The notes under the pieces: generated by a model
Seen by the model: the letters and a program-made list of their open reading frames with translations, nothing else
Told to the model about the DNA's origin: nothing
The model's database searches: none
Made by a program: the position numbers and the translations under genes
DNA from: Okamejei kenojei
Lineage: Eukaryota
Length of the DNA: 64,000 bases
Assembly (NCBI GenBank): GCA_035221665.1
Contig: CM069159.1
Span: forward strand, 26,164,001-26,228,000
Reading direction: 5' to 3'
Shown: piece after piece, positions 52,305 to 64,000 of the stretch
Layout of the letters: every line of letters begins with the position of its first letter
Numbering within the stretch: the first letter of the stretch is position 1

Positions 52305-53745
52305 TGTTTGCCTCCCTCCCTCTCTGTGTTATCTCTTTTGGGTTTACCTCACTTTCCCTTTTCGTTCATAATTTCTGTGTCACTTTCTCTCTGTTCATTT
52401 TTTCCCTCAAATTTCTCTCATCACTTTCTTCCTCTTCCTCTTTTTTCTCTCTTACTCACACTCTACCCATCTGTCCCCTCCTCTTACATTGCAGTAACTT
52501 CAGATGTTATTCTCGCTTAATTCCAAAAGATGACATGGAGTTTAGCAGAGGTATTTACACTTGTGGCATAAAGGGTAATTCAAACAAGAAAAATTGGTGT
52601 GGGCAGAGAGAGCAAAGTGGAACGAATGGGATGGCTCCTTTCTGAGAGACAGTACACAGTGCTTGATCGCTCTCTTGCATTTCTACATTCCATGATCCTC
52701 CTCGTAGGTCACGGAGAGGGGATTATCCATCAATTAGAGATTGTTGGGCTGATGGACGGGGGAAATTATTTGTTAATCAATTCTTTGTTTCCTCATTGTG
52801 GTTCACTTCCGGACCTTTTCCACTAGCAGATTTTGAACCCTGACATTCTCCCTGAAACAAGCAGGGCACCTGTCCTGTCCTTCCATGGGAAAACACCAGG
52901 GTTACTGGGGTAACTCAGACATTCCTCCTCCAGATTTCTGCAGAGCAAATGCTCCATTCTCAACGACGGATGTATTTGGAGAGTTTGTATTTCCCTCATC
53001 ATTTTAACAACATTCAGTGGGTGTTTCTGGAATCTGAAAGATAATTCTAGAATGTGGTATGCAACTGCTAAATATTTAGAAATAATTATCATGTCAATGA
53101 GATTTTTATTTTCTCAAGTGTTAATTATTAAAACTACTCGACACAAAACCTCACACTCTATTTGGATATCAAAGCATCAAATCTATTTTCAACTTTTCCA
53201 CGATTCACGATGTTTACAAGTATATTACCTGTGGAAGGGCATCCCCCTTCTACACATCTGTTCCTCACCTTTCTCCATTTCTATTTCTTTTTCCCCCATC
53301 TCTCGTCCATTTGTTTTTACTCTTTCTCTTATCCTGATTTTTTTTTTTTCACTCCCTCTCTTCCACTTTTTCAATTTCTCTTTCTGCACCCGTCTCTCTT
53401 TTGGACAAAGTTTAGTTTAGGTTATTGTCACGTGCACTGAGGTATAGTGAAAAACTTTTGTTGCGTGCTAACCAGTCAGTGGAATGTACTATTTCACATG
53501 TTTGAGAGCACCAGTCGCTGTTTATCCTCACCTCGTGTTATCTTTGGAGTGCGTATAGGGAACATGGGTTGATAATCTCACGCATCTTTAGCATATCAAC
53601 CGTCTTCCTCTTTTTATTTTAGTATATTGGCACGTGTACCCATATACAGTGAACCGTCCGTTTCAATTGCCTATATATCGAGTCCACCAATCTAGATTTC
53701 CCAGCGTTTTTTTTAAGGAGTCGTATCACAGTTTTCTTTCTTTGA

Positions 53746-53964
<219 letters not shown>

Positions 53965-54184
53965 TGAGCATTAGCATGTTCCTCACCAAGTACTGCTTCC
54001 ACCTGGAGTGAGCCAGTCACCAGTATTTCCTTCGGACATCTCGCTGTACTGGAGACAAACATGTCTAGCAGTCCAAAGTGCATCTTACACTGAAATACTG
54101 ATCGTCCAGCAGCACTTTGACATTGGTCTGATTACACATCGCTGACATCAGCCCAGAGATCAGAGAGCCTCTTTTACTAAATGT

Positions 54185-54481
54185 TTAGTTTAGAGATTCC
54201 CACCAAGTCTATGCCAACCATCCATCATCCCTTCACACTAGTTCTATGTTATCCCATTTTCACATACACTCCCTACACACTAGGAGCCATTTATAGAGGC
54301 CAATTAACCTATAAAACCACCCATCTTTAGGATGTGGAGGAAACCAGAGCATCCGGAGAAAACCCATGCGGTCGCAGGGAGAACATGCAAACTCCACACA
54401 GATAGGACTCGAGGTTAGGATCAAACCCAGCTACCTGACACTGTGAGGCAGCAGCTTTAACAGCTCCACTGCAGTGCCACC
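54185..54481 (-). mobile_element. V-SINE (HE1-like), near full length
   Basis: The reverse strand begins ggtggcac.gcagtggagctg..aagctgctgcctcacagtgtcagg.agctgggtttgatcc (tRNA-like A/B boxes). It continues with the V-domain tgtgtggagtttgcatgttctccctgcgaccgcatgggttttctccggatgctctggtttcctcc and ends in a CR1-like tail. Confidence 0.8.
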
Positions 54482-55019
54482 CAACTAGTTGCCTGGGACA
54501 AAATGCAATAAGGATCCTTGCATCGTCTGGGACCAGACCTCCTCTGCAAACACATAGTATATAAAGTGTTGGACAATTATTGCATTCTCATAAAAAACGT
54601 TTTGAGGGTAGCGTGCTTTGAGAGTGAGACTCTGAACATGCAGGAAGGATCTAAAGAATATTCCATTAACACACATATTTTCAGAGAGTGTGTTCAACTG
54701 AGACACCCCTGGCCCCACTTCCCTCCCACACATTACATTCAATGCAATTTTAAAAATATTTGCTCACAGGATCTGGCCATTGTTGGCAAGGCAGATATTT
54801 ATTGTTCATCCTTAATTGTTGTTGAAAGAGTGGGGCTTGCTGAACTGTTTCCAAATTAACCCTGTTGCTCAGTTGACAGTTACATGCAGATTGGATTGAA
54901 TGATGAAAGCAGATTTCCTTCCCTGGTGAACATGGGTGATCCAGATTTGCTAGATGTCCATTATAGTCATGATATTCATTGCAGAGACAAACTCCTTAAA
55001 AATCACAGATTTATTCAAT

Positions 55020-55940
55020 TGAGTCCTCGTAAATCCTCTCTGCACTCTTGCCAGCTTACCAACTTCTTTCCTATATCAGCATGACCAAAACTGAACACAA
55101 TACTCCAAATGCAGCCTCACTATCATCTTGTACAACTGTAACACAACATCCCAACTTCTATACTCAGTACCCTGAATGATAAAGGCCAATGTACTGAAAG
55201 CCTTCTTGACCACTCTATCTATCCGTGACGCCACTTTCGTTGAACTATGTACCTGCACTCCTAGATCCCTCTGCTCTACAACATCCCCCAGGGTACTGCC
55301 AAACACTTGCAGCACCTCGCAGTAATCTGCATTAAACTCCATTAACCATTCCTCCGCCCATTTGCCCAACTGATCAAGGTTCTGCTATATTTTTTGATAA
55401 CCATTTGCGCTATTTACAATACCAGCCACTTTAGTGTCATCTGCAAACATACTGATCATGTTTTCTGCATTCTCATCCAAATCATTGATATAACAAACAC
55501 ACAGCATTGGCCTAGCACATCACTAGTTACCTTTACCATCCTATCTCCGTATTCTGCCACCTTCAGGAATCCGTGGATTTGTACATAAGGTATTTCTGTC
55601 CCTCAATATTTCCTTGGGCTCTACCATTCGATGTGTATATCCTAATTTTCTTTGACCTCCCATAATAAATCACTTTGCATTTGGCAGGATTAAAGTCCAT
55701 CTGCCATTTGTCCAATTTGGCATTCGATCAGCACCTTTCTGTAGCCAGAGATTATCCTCCTCATTATCCACCACTGATATTTTGTGCCATCAACAGATTT
55801 AGTAATCATTTATATATAAATGGTTGTGATAAATAGCAAGACACCAACATCTACGTACACCCCTGGTCAGAACTTCAAATCACAAATGCAACCCTTTGCT
55901 ATTACCAATTTTGGATCCAATTGCCTTGGATTCCTTGTGC
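55020..55940 (-). mobile_element. CR1 RT remnants
   Basis: KWAEEWLMEFNA..CEVL...EQRDLGVQVHSS.KVA..DRVVKKAF..LAFI..G.EYRSWDV.LQLYK..VR.HLEYCVQFWS. Confidence 0.88.
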
Positions 55941-55946
55941 TTCAAT

Positions 55947-56492
55947 CAGGCACGGAAATCGCTATCAAAACATGGGGGGAGGACACAATTTCTTGGCGGC
56001 CGCGCGCGCATGCTCACACACGCCATGGGCCCTGTGAATGGTAACATCGGGAGCTGACCTGGTTGGTGACCGACTCCAGCAACAGCAGCTCTGTCCGCAC
56101 CGAATCGTGGGGCTTCAATCGGCCCGTTCGGGGGGGGGCTTCGGGAGTCTCGATCGCCTCGACGCAGCAATTTGACCGCGGGGCGGTGGAAGATCCCGCG
56201 GCTGGCCGCGTTGGGCGATGAAAAGCCCCGCGAACGGGCCGATGAAAAGCTCTGCTCAATGATCTTTGCTCCACGGACGTCTCCCCCCCTCCAATCTCCA
56301 CGCTCTATCCTCAGTCCCACCCCCAACGTACGCCTCTGACCGGCACTTCCCTCCTCCAATGATCGCCCTGAATCTTCATGGTCCCCCCCCCCCACTGTCT
56401 CGCGAAAAACGGAGATTTATAATAGCTTTTTTTTTACCCAGTTTTAAAATATGGATTACAAAACATGGGGGGGGGGGGAACGTGTGTGCCTT
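55947..56492. mobile_element. GC/CpG-rich young repeat, possibly a non-autonomous DNA transposon
   Basis: Abrupt CpG-rich block starting caggcacggaaatc and ending ...gtgcct. The subterminal direct repeat aaaacatggggg occurs near both ends. Confidence 0.45.
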
Positions 56493-57411
56493 ATTGAGGT
56501 GCCTTATTCACTCTTTAGTGTCCATTTTTCCCTTATTATGCATCACATTTATGTTTATTCTCCTTAACCTTATCTGCCAGAGCTCACTCATGCCGCCTTC
56601 TTGCCCTGCTGATTTCCTTCTTGAGTATGCACCTCAATCCCCTTCACTCACCAGGGGCACATATGATCCCAGCTGCCTATGTTTAAGTCTTGCCTCCCTT
56701 CTTTTTTTCCTGACCAGAACCTCAATTTCTCCTGTCATTCAAGACGCCTTACTCCCGCACTCTGACAGGAACATGCAGACCGTGAACTCTGACTACTCAC
56801 TTTGAAAACCCTCCCACTTGCTGGACTTCAATTTGCCTGCAAACAACCTGTTCCAATCAACTTGTGCAAACTCTCTCTAATACCGTTAAGATTTGCCATG
56901 CCCCAATTTAGAACTTTAACTTGTGGATCAGTACTGTCCTTTACCATAACTATTTAAAAATTAATAGAACACATAGGAGACTGAGGGGTGACCATGTAAA
57001 GGTATATAAAATTATGCGTATAGATGAGGTGAACACACATAGGTATTTTCCCAAGGAAGGGGATTCAAAAAGTAGAGGGCACAAGTTTAAGGTGAGAGAC
57101 TCCTGAAGCTACATGATTCTCCTTCGTGAGTCAGAGATTCCCAGGAGTCTGTTGCAAAATGTCTTCGATAACATCCTTGAATCATTTCATACGTCTGCTA
57201 CAAAACTGGTTACCAAAGGCCAACAGTTTAAGACAAAAGAAGAAGAAAAGTGTTATTTTGGGTACAGCTGATGTGGTCACTGCCTGAGAAGATGGCAGAA
57301 GTTAATTCAATAATAACTTTCAAATGGATTGAAGTCAAATATTGCCAAGGATAAAACGGAGGGCTGTCTGCAGAGAGTGGACGATTTGGAGTGTTGTACC
57401 AGTAACTGGCA

Positions 57412-59429
57412 ATTCAATTCAATTCAATTCAATTCAACTTTAATGTTGTTGCACAGATACAAGTATGGGTACAACGAAATGCAGTTTAGCGTCAGTTCGT
57501 AGTAATAGCAATATATAAATAGATACAGAATGCAGACAATGTGGACGGAGAGACTGGAGAAATCTATCGGTGGGACTCTGAGTTCAGCAGTGTGATGGTG
57601 TTGTTATAGAAGTGGTTCCTCATCCTACTAGTGCGGGACCTGAGGCTCCTGTACCGCTTCCCTGATGGTAGGAGGGCAAACAGTCCATGGTTAGGGTGGG
57701 AGGGGTCTTTGATGATCTTCCCGGCCCGTCTCAGACACCGTTTTCGGTGAAGGGCATCCATGGCAGGGAGCGGGGCACCGATGATGTACTGGGCGGTTTT
57801 CACCACCCGTTGTAGTGCCTTCCTGTCTGCTACGGTGCAACTGCTGTACCGTACCGTAAAGCAGGTGGTCAGGATGCTTTCGATGGTACAGCGGTAAAAG
57901 TTGGTTCAGGATCTGGGGGAACAGGTGGGCTTTTTTGAGCATCCTCAGGAAGTAAAGGCGCTGCTGCACCTTTTTGATCAGCTTGAACACCTCCGTGTTG
58001 AGGGACCAGAACAGATCCTCCGAGATGTGTACCCCGAGGAATTTGTAGTTGGAGACCCGCTCTACCTCAGCCCCTGTTTATGTGGATGGGGGTAGTGTCT
58101 GCCCCCTCTGTTCTTTCTAAAGTCAACAATGATTTCCTTCATCTTCTGGGAGTTGAGGACGAGGTTATTGTTGGCACACCAGGTTGTCAGGTGCTGGACC
58201 TCCTCCCTGTAGGCTGACTCGTCGTTGTCACTGATCAGTCCTACCACCGTGGTGTCGTCGGCAAATTTTATGATGGCGTTGGAGCCATGCTTGGGGATGC
58301 AGTCATGGGTGAAGAGGGAGGAGAGGAGAGGGCTGAGCACACAGCCCTGTGGCACGCCGGTGTTCAGTGTTATAGTGGAGGAGGTGAGGTTGTTGACCCT
58401 AACAGACTGTGGTCTGTTAGAGAGGAAATCCAGTGTCCATTTGCAGAGGGAAGTGGAGATGCCAAGACCGCTGAGTTTGGTGATCGAGCTAGAGGGTATG
58501 ACAGTGTTAAAGGCGGAGCTGAAGTCGATGAACAGCAACCTGATGTAGGTGTTATTGCTGTCCAGGTGGGTCAGGGCAGAGTGTAGGGCCGCCGATATGG
58601 CATCCTCTGTAGACCTGTTGGTCCGGTAGGCAAACTGATGGGGGTCCAGTGTGGGGGGAGGCTGGCTTTGAGGTGAGCCAAGATCAGCCGCTCGAAGCAC
58701 TTGGCGATGACAGGGGTGAGTGCCACTGGCCGGAAATCGTTGAGACTCCCTGTCGCTGATTGTTTGGGCACTGGCACAATGGTAGATGTCTTGAGGCAAG
58801 TGGGAACGACACCCTGGGCCAGTGACAGATTGAAAATGTCAGTGACGACCAGGGATAGTTGTCCAGCACATGCCCTGAGCACCCGCCCGGGGATGCCATC
58901 GGGGCCTGCAGCTTTGTTCTCATTCACCTTGCTCAGTGCATCTTGTTCAGCAGAGATGGAGAGACTGAGGGGTCGTTCATTCGGGGGTGGAGCAACTTTG
59001 ACGGCTGGAGTTTTGTTGTCCCGGTCAAAGCGAGCATAGAAATGGATTAGCTCGTCAGGAAGGGAGGCGTTGTCTGGGGGGGGGGGGGGGGATTTCAGAT
59101 TGGCCCTTTTTCAGATTGGCCCTGGATGAGCTGTATCCCTCAGCGTCGCCATATTTAAAAGCAGCGTCGCGAGCCTTCAGCAGGAGCCTGACCTCCCTGC
59201 TCATCCACGGCTTCTGGTTAGGGAAGGTCTTTATCTCTTTGTGGGTAGTGACGTTGTCCATGCAGAATTTTATATAGTCAATGGGTTGAGGTGTATGAGT
59301 TGATGTCTACTTGGGAGTTGAAGGTGGCCTGAGTGGCAAACAGACTCCAGTCTGTTTGCTGAAACTGTTCCTGCAAAACAGAGACAGCCCCCTCAGGCCA
59401 GACCTTCACAGTCCTCGTGGTAGGTTTCG
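57412..59429 (-). mobile_element. Rex1/Babar non-LTR retrotransposon, 5'-truncated, young
   Basis: RT motifs: [97 protein letters not shown]. The C-terminus is DPSHPNHGLFALLPSGKRYRS. The (TTGAA)n tail is at 57412-57437. 5-bp TSD TGGCA at 57407-57411 and 59430-59434. Confidence 0.93.
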
Positions 59430-59944
59430 TGGCACAGAGACAATGGGCCAAGTGGCATCTCATAATCAGTGTTTTGTTTCCCAAGAGGAATTTCCTCCTT
59501 GGCCAACTTTTCTGATCACATACTGCACATCTTTTCTCAGTCAAACTGTGAAGCTTACACTCATGCTCAGTTTGACAGTTGAAAGGCATTTACCAACACC
59601 GTAGCCTGTGACCTTTACGCAGTGAAAGGTCACTGATGTGGATTGTGCTTTGATTCAGCACTTCAAAGCATCTCCATTTACAGCACTAAACGGCCTTCCA
59701 CGGCCAGGGGCTGTAAAACTTGATCATTTCCCTTTGATTTCAACACCGGGGCCAAATGTTAAAAGCTGAAGAAATAATCTGGAACGATTTAAATCTCTTG
59801 AAGATATCATATAGTTTGTGAATGTTGAATGCTGGGCCACCACTTGTACGGAGGATAAGGGGATGCTGTTAGAGTCGGAGGGGGTGGAGAGTACAGTCTT
59901 GACGTGCAGCTTGATTTAAAGGAAATTCCCTTTTTTGTCTTTAA

Positions 59945-60148
59945 CCCCCCCCCCCACATACACCCGCACACACACCCACATACATACATACGCAGAACAC
60001 ACGCACATGGCCCCAACACACACTCACCCACACCTCCCCTTCACACATGCACAGAACACACCCTCACCCGCATGCCGCACACAGAAACACCCCTCTCACA
60101 CACCCCACCACCCACACCCCTACCCCCCCCCCCCCCCCCCAAAACACT

Positions 60149-60218
<70 letters not shown>
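59945..60218. repeat. Degenerate CA-rich tract, poly-C and perfect (CA)n microsatellite
   Basis: About 34 perfect CA units at 60150-60218, preceded by cryptic CA/C repeats. Confidence 0.95.
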
Positions 60219-60220
<2 letters not shown>

Positions 60221-60714
60221 ACGTTGCAGTGTTTGGCTGGCAGGTGGAATTAATGTGTTTTCCACAAAATTTGTTTCTAATTTCCTGACTGTGGAGCTGT
60301 GGAGGCCGTAGCAAGGGTCAGGGTTAGCTAGTACAGGAGCACGATCAAAGAAAGCGTTGTACTCACACTTGTATGAAAGTTAGAATAGCACATGAACCGG
60401 TCTCTCAGCCCCAATATCTCTGCCAATCATAGTGTCAAATTAAACGAACCCCATCTGCCTGCACGTGATCACACATTCCTACATCCTGTGGCTGCTTATG
60501 TGTCCGTCTAAAGGCCACTTGAACATCATAATCATGTCTGTCTCCACGGCCACCTGGCAGCCGGTTCCAGGCAGCCACCACTCTCTCTGTGTATAAAATC
60601 ATTTGCCTTGCACATACACAATAACCTAGAGCCTTCTCGCTTTTGACGTTTCCACACTGGGGAAAATATTCTGCCTATTGTCTAAAACGAGATGTACAAA
60701 CGTTCGGTTGAAGG

Positions 60715-60831
60715 TGCCTGAAGAAGGATCTCGATCCAAAACGTCACCCACTCCTTCTCTCCAGAGTTGCTGCCTATCCAGCATTTTGTGTCTATCTTTG
60801 GTTTAAACCAGCATCTGCAGTTCCTTCCGAC
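60715..60831 (+). mobile_element. PLE pLTR insert with a covariant hammerhead-like stem
   Basis: CTGAAGAAGGATCTCGATCCAAAACGTC at 60718-60745. TSD acgttcggttgaagg (60700-60714) and acgtttgtttgaagg (60832-60846). Confidence 0.78.
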
Positions 60832-61409
60832 ACGTTTGTTTGAAGGGATGGGTTTAAATAAAATAAAATTATTCTGTTGATTAATGATGAACATTTGTAT
60901 TCAAGGATAGTGAGAGTAAAAGGACTCTCACATCAAGTCGCCACACCAAGGCATTGGTGTACTATTAAGTGTTGCCACTGTGCTAACATGGGAAACACAC
61001 ACTCTGAGGGCATCAAACTCCCACAAGCAAGGTAATTCCAACCAGATTATCCATGAGAGTGAGGTTAGCTGCAGAGTAAATATTCACCCCAAGGCACCAG
61101 AAATAACGTTCCTGCTCCTCTTTGAAAGGATGGCATGTGGTGTTTTTCTTGAACTGGGAGATGGGGACTTGATTTTGGATCTTTCCCAAAAGACAGCAAA
61201 TGGGTCAGTGCAGCACACCCTTTAGGGTGACACTGCAGTTCAAATTAGATTATTATTCTCAAACCTCTGGAAATTGCCGACGCCTGGACAATATCCCTCT
61301 GATGCTTTCCTATCCATGTTCCTGCCCAAATGTCTTTTCAATGCTGGAATTTTACCTGCCCCTAATACTTCCCTCAGCAGCTCCACGCTCCGTGTGAAAA
61401 AAGATCCGT

Positions 61410-61685
61410 GCCTTTCGGATGAGCCATTAAACCGCGAGCATTAGTCTTAAGAGATCCATGGCACTATTTCGAACAGGGCAGATAAATAATTCTGGGCCAA
61501 TGCTCACCTATGATTCAACAGCATAAAACAAGACAATCTGTTGCTGTTGTGGGACCTTGCTCTGCCCAAATTAGCTGCCATTTTTCCTACATTATAACAA
61601 TTGCCAGATCTTAAAATAAATATTTAATTGGCTCTGAGTGTTTGGCATGTTCTGAAAGGCTCTGTCTGAATGTGAGTTTCTTTCT
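61410..61685 (+). mobile_element. DeuSINE (SacSINE1-like) remnant
   Basis: tttcggatgag.cattaaacc...gatccatggcactatttcgaa...gtgggaccttgct.tgcccaaattagctgcc...cctacatt.taaca...gaaaggctctg. Confidence 0.7.
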
Positions 61686-62406
61686 CCTGCACAGCAGTAA
61701 CAGCTTACCAGCCCAGTGGGGTTTTTGACTGCAACAGAGATTTAACTATTATTCTGAGAATCTCTCATTGAGAGCTTGGGGCAGGGTTTACTCTGCACTA
61801 TTTCCCCATTTTTTGACGGATGAGCCGCCGTTTGCAAGATGGAAGGAATTATTTCTGGGAGTCATCTTCACATTTGGAAGTGGAACCCAGGTCAGGTTAT
61901 TCCAGGGAGCCACCAGCTCAACCCCCTTCATATGGGGATTAATGGTAAAAAGTACAGGGAGGGGGAGGAAGAGAGCGAAAGCAGCTTGACGCGGTGACAG
62001 GAGTGCCTCTCATTGTGAAGCAGTCCCTGTGATATATCCTTTAACTGCTGGAGAGCAGAGGATTGACGTCAAACACTGCTGATCAGTATGCTGTTCGTTA
62101 AATGAGACCGCTCAGGAAACGAGTTCATAACCATGAGCTCCTATCTGATTCTTTTGTCAGCAGATTAGCTGAATACATTCTCTTGCTAAACTGAAGCCCT
62201 GCTATTGGGCTGTGGATTGGGGAGGGTGGGGAGAGGAGAGTCGATAACATTTTCACGACAGAAGAGTCAAGGTCATTAAAAAGGAGAGGCAAACTTGCTT
62301 TGTTCTCTGATGGATTTATTTTTTAAAGAATTTTCACCACAATTTCAAGGGATGGTTGGTCAGAATGTCAAAGGTCAGCTGCTGTTATGCTCCAGCACTT
62401 TAATCT

Positions 62407-62962
62407 GGACGATTGTTTCGCGGAACACCTTCGCTCAGCCCGCGTGAACTAAGCTGATCTCCCGGTTGCTGGACACTTTAATTCTCCTTCCCATTCCTAC
62501 ACAGACCTTTCTGTCCTTGGTCTCCTCCATTGTCAGAGTGAGGCTAAACGCAAATTGGAGGAACAACAACTCATATTTTGCTTGGGCAGCTTACAGCCCA
62601 GTGGAATGAATATTGATTTATCTCACTTCCTTCAGGTAGCCCCGGCATTTCTTCCCTCCTTCTCTATCCCTACCCCACCAAAGTCGCACCAGCTTCTCAT
62701 TTTCACCCTACAAACAGCTTACAATGGCCTGTTTCCTTTATCATCGTTACTTTTTTGCATAACTTTCATTCATTGTTCTTTTATCGCTCCACATCACTTT
62801 CTATATATCTCCTGTCCCTTATTCCTAATCAGTCTGAAGAAGGGTCTTGACCCGAAACGTCACCCATTCCTTCTCTCCAGAGATACTGCCTGTCCCGCTG
62901 AGTTACTCCAGCTTTTTGTGTCTATCTTCAGTTTAAACCAGCATCTGCAGTTCCTTCTTACA
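62407..62962 (+). mobile_element. 5'-truncated Penelope-like element: GIY-YIG C-terminus plus complete pLTR
   Basis: Translates FAEHLRSAR..DLPVAGHFNSPSHSYTDLSVLGLLHCQSEAKRKLEEQQLIFCLGSLQPSGMNIDLSHF, followed by the pLTR. TSD cactttaatct (62396-62406) and cacttgaatct (62963-62973). Confidence 0.9.
62834..62861 (+). ncRNA. Putative minimal hammerhead ribozyme motif, sense to the SIK2 pre-mRNA
   Basis: CUGAAGA-A-GGGUC-UU-GACCC-GAAA-C-GUC with all core nucleotides intact, located in the PLE terminal repeat. Confidence 0.6.
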
Positions 62963-63189
62963 CACTTGAATCTTTTAGTTGTCTAGGTGATCATTGATCA
63001 GCATGGACTCGGTGGGCCGAAAGGCCTGTTTCCACACTGTAGCTCTTAAACTAAACTGACTATTCTCGCTGATGTCAGTCTTTTCCGAAAGTTTTCCAGA
63101 TGAGAGAATGGAATTTCTCTTTGTTCTCTTACATATAATTAGCCAGTTTTGGCCTTTGAAAAAAGATGTGCAATTATGTAGCACTCTGA

Positions 63190-64000
63190 ACATAGAACAG
63201 TACTGCACAGGAACCACAATGTTTGTGTTGAACATGATACCAAGTTAAACTGATCTCATCTGTCTGTACATGATCCATATCCCTCTATTCCTTGTACTTC
63301 TACGTACCTATCTAAAAGCCTCTCAAATGCCATAATCTTATCTGTCTCCACCCCAGGCCTCCGCTACTATTCTGTGTAAAAAAAACTTGCGCCGCTCATC
63401 TCCATCAAACTTCCCCTTCTCACCTTATAGTTATGCCCTCCAGTGTTGGACATTTTCACCCTGGGAAATTGGTTCGGACCGTATACCCTATCTAGACCTC
63501 TCCTAATTTTATATACTTCTATCAAGTCTCCCTCAACCTCTGACGTTCCAGAGAAAATAATCCAAGTCTGTCCACTTGTCATGTCCTTTTTGAGATGTTC
63601 AGTTTTGGTCACCCTCCTATAAGAAAGATGTTGTTAAGCTGGAAAGAGTGTCAAGAAGATTTTTGAGAATGTTGCCAGGACTTCAGCTATAGGGGAAGGT
63701 TAAGCAGGCTAGGACTTTATTCCTTGGATCGCAGGAGACCGAGGGGTGATTTTATAAAGCCGTATAAAATCAGGATTCTCAGAATTCTCAGACTTTTTTT
63801 ACCCAAAGTAGGGGAATCAAGAACCAGAGAGCATAGGTTTAAAGTGAGATGGGAAAGATTTAATAAGATCCTGAGGGGCAACATTTTCATTTGGAGGGTG
63901 GTGGGTATATGGAACGAGCTGCCAGAGGAGTTATTTCAGGCAGGTACTATAACAGCATTTAAAAGACGCTTGGACATGGATAGGAAAGGGTTGGAGGTAT
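63190..64000. mobile_element. CR1 3' fragments (- 63190-63580; + 63595-64000)
   Basis: GDLIEVYKIRRGLDRV on the minus strand. On the plus strand, gttcagttttggtcaccctcctataagaaagatg...acgagctgccagagga. Confidence 0.85.

Noticed and set aside
54400-54481. tRNA gene
   Set aside because: The A/B-box-like sequence is the degenerate head of a V-SINE, with no complete cloverleaf.
55947-56400. CpG island or alternative promoter (also 13290-13560)
   Set aside because: Sharp boundaries and repeat-like termini suggest young interspersed repeats. No associated exon was seen.
59904-60314. His/Thr- and Cys/Val-rich ORFs
   Set aside because: These are translations of the (CA)n microsatellite.

Overview
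This is vertebrate genomic DNA, not prokaryotic or viral. The repeat content (CR1/HER1-like LINEs, V-SINE/HE1-like and DeuSINE/SacSINE1-like SINEs, Rex1/Babar LINEs, Penelope-like elements) points to a cartilaginous fish, probably a skate or ray (inference). The window lies inside a + strand salt-inducible kinase gene, best matching SIK2. Three internal coding exons have canonical AG/GT sites and splice in frame: 23984-24100, 25126-25189 and 53753-53914. I did not find the first coding exon or the DFG-containing exon. The rest is intron, dominated by decayed transposable elements, plus two assembly gaps. Nearly all ORFs in the supplied track are spurious or TE remnants. The most notable non-genic signal is about 20 short Penelope-derived inserts. 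Many carry an ultra-minimal hammerhead-ribozyme-like motif (CTGAAGA-A-GGGTC-TC-GACCC-GAAACGTC), sit between 10-15 bp target-site duplications, and often form head-to-head inverted pairs. Also present are a complete non-autonomous Helitron, a young Rex1 insertion with a TSD, and several templated micro-rearrangements. All family names come from motif recognition, not database searches. TE boundaries are approximate unless TSDs are given.
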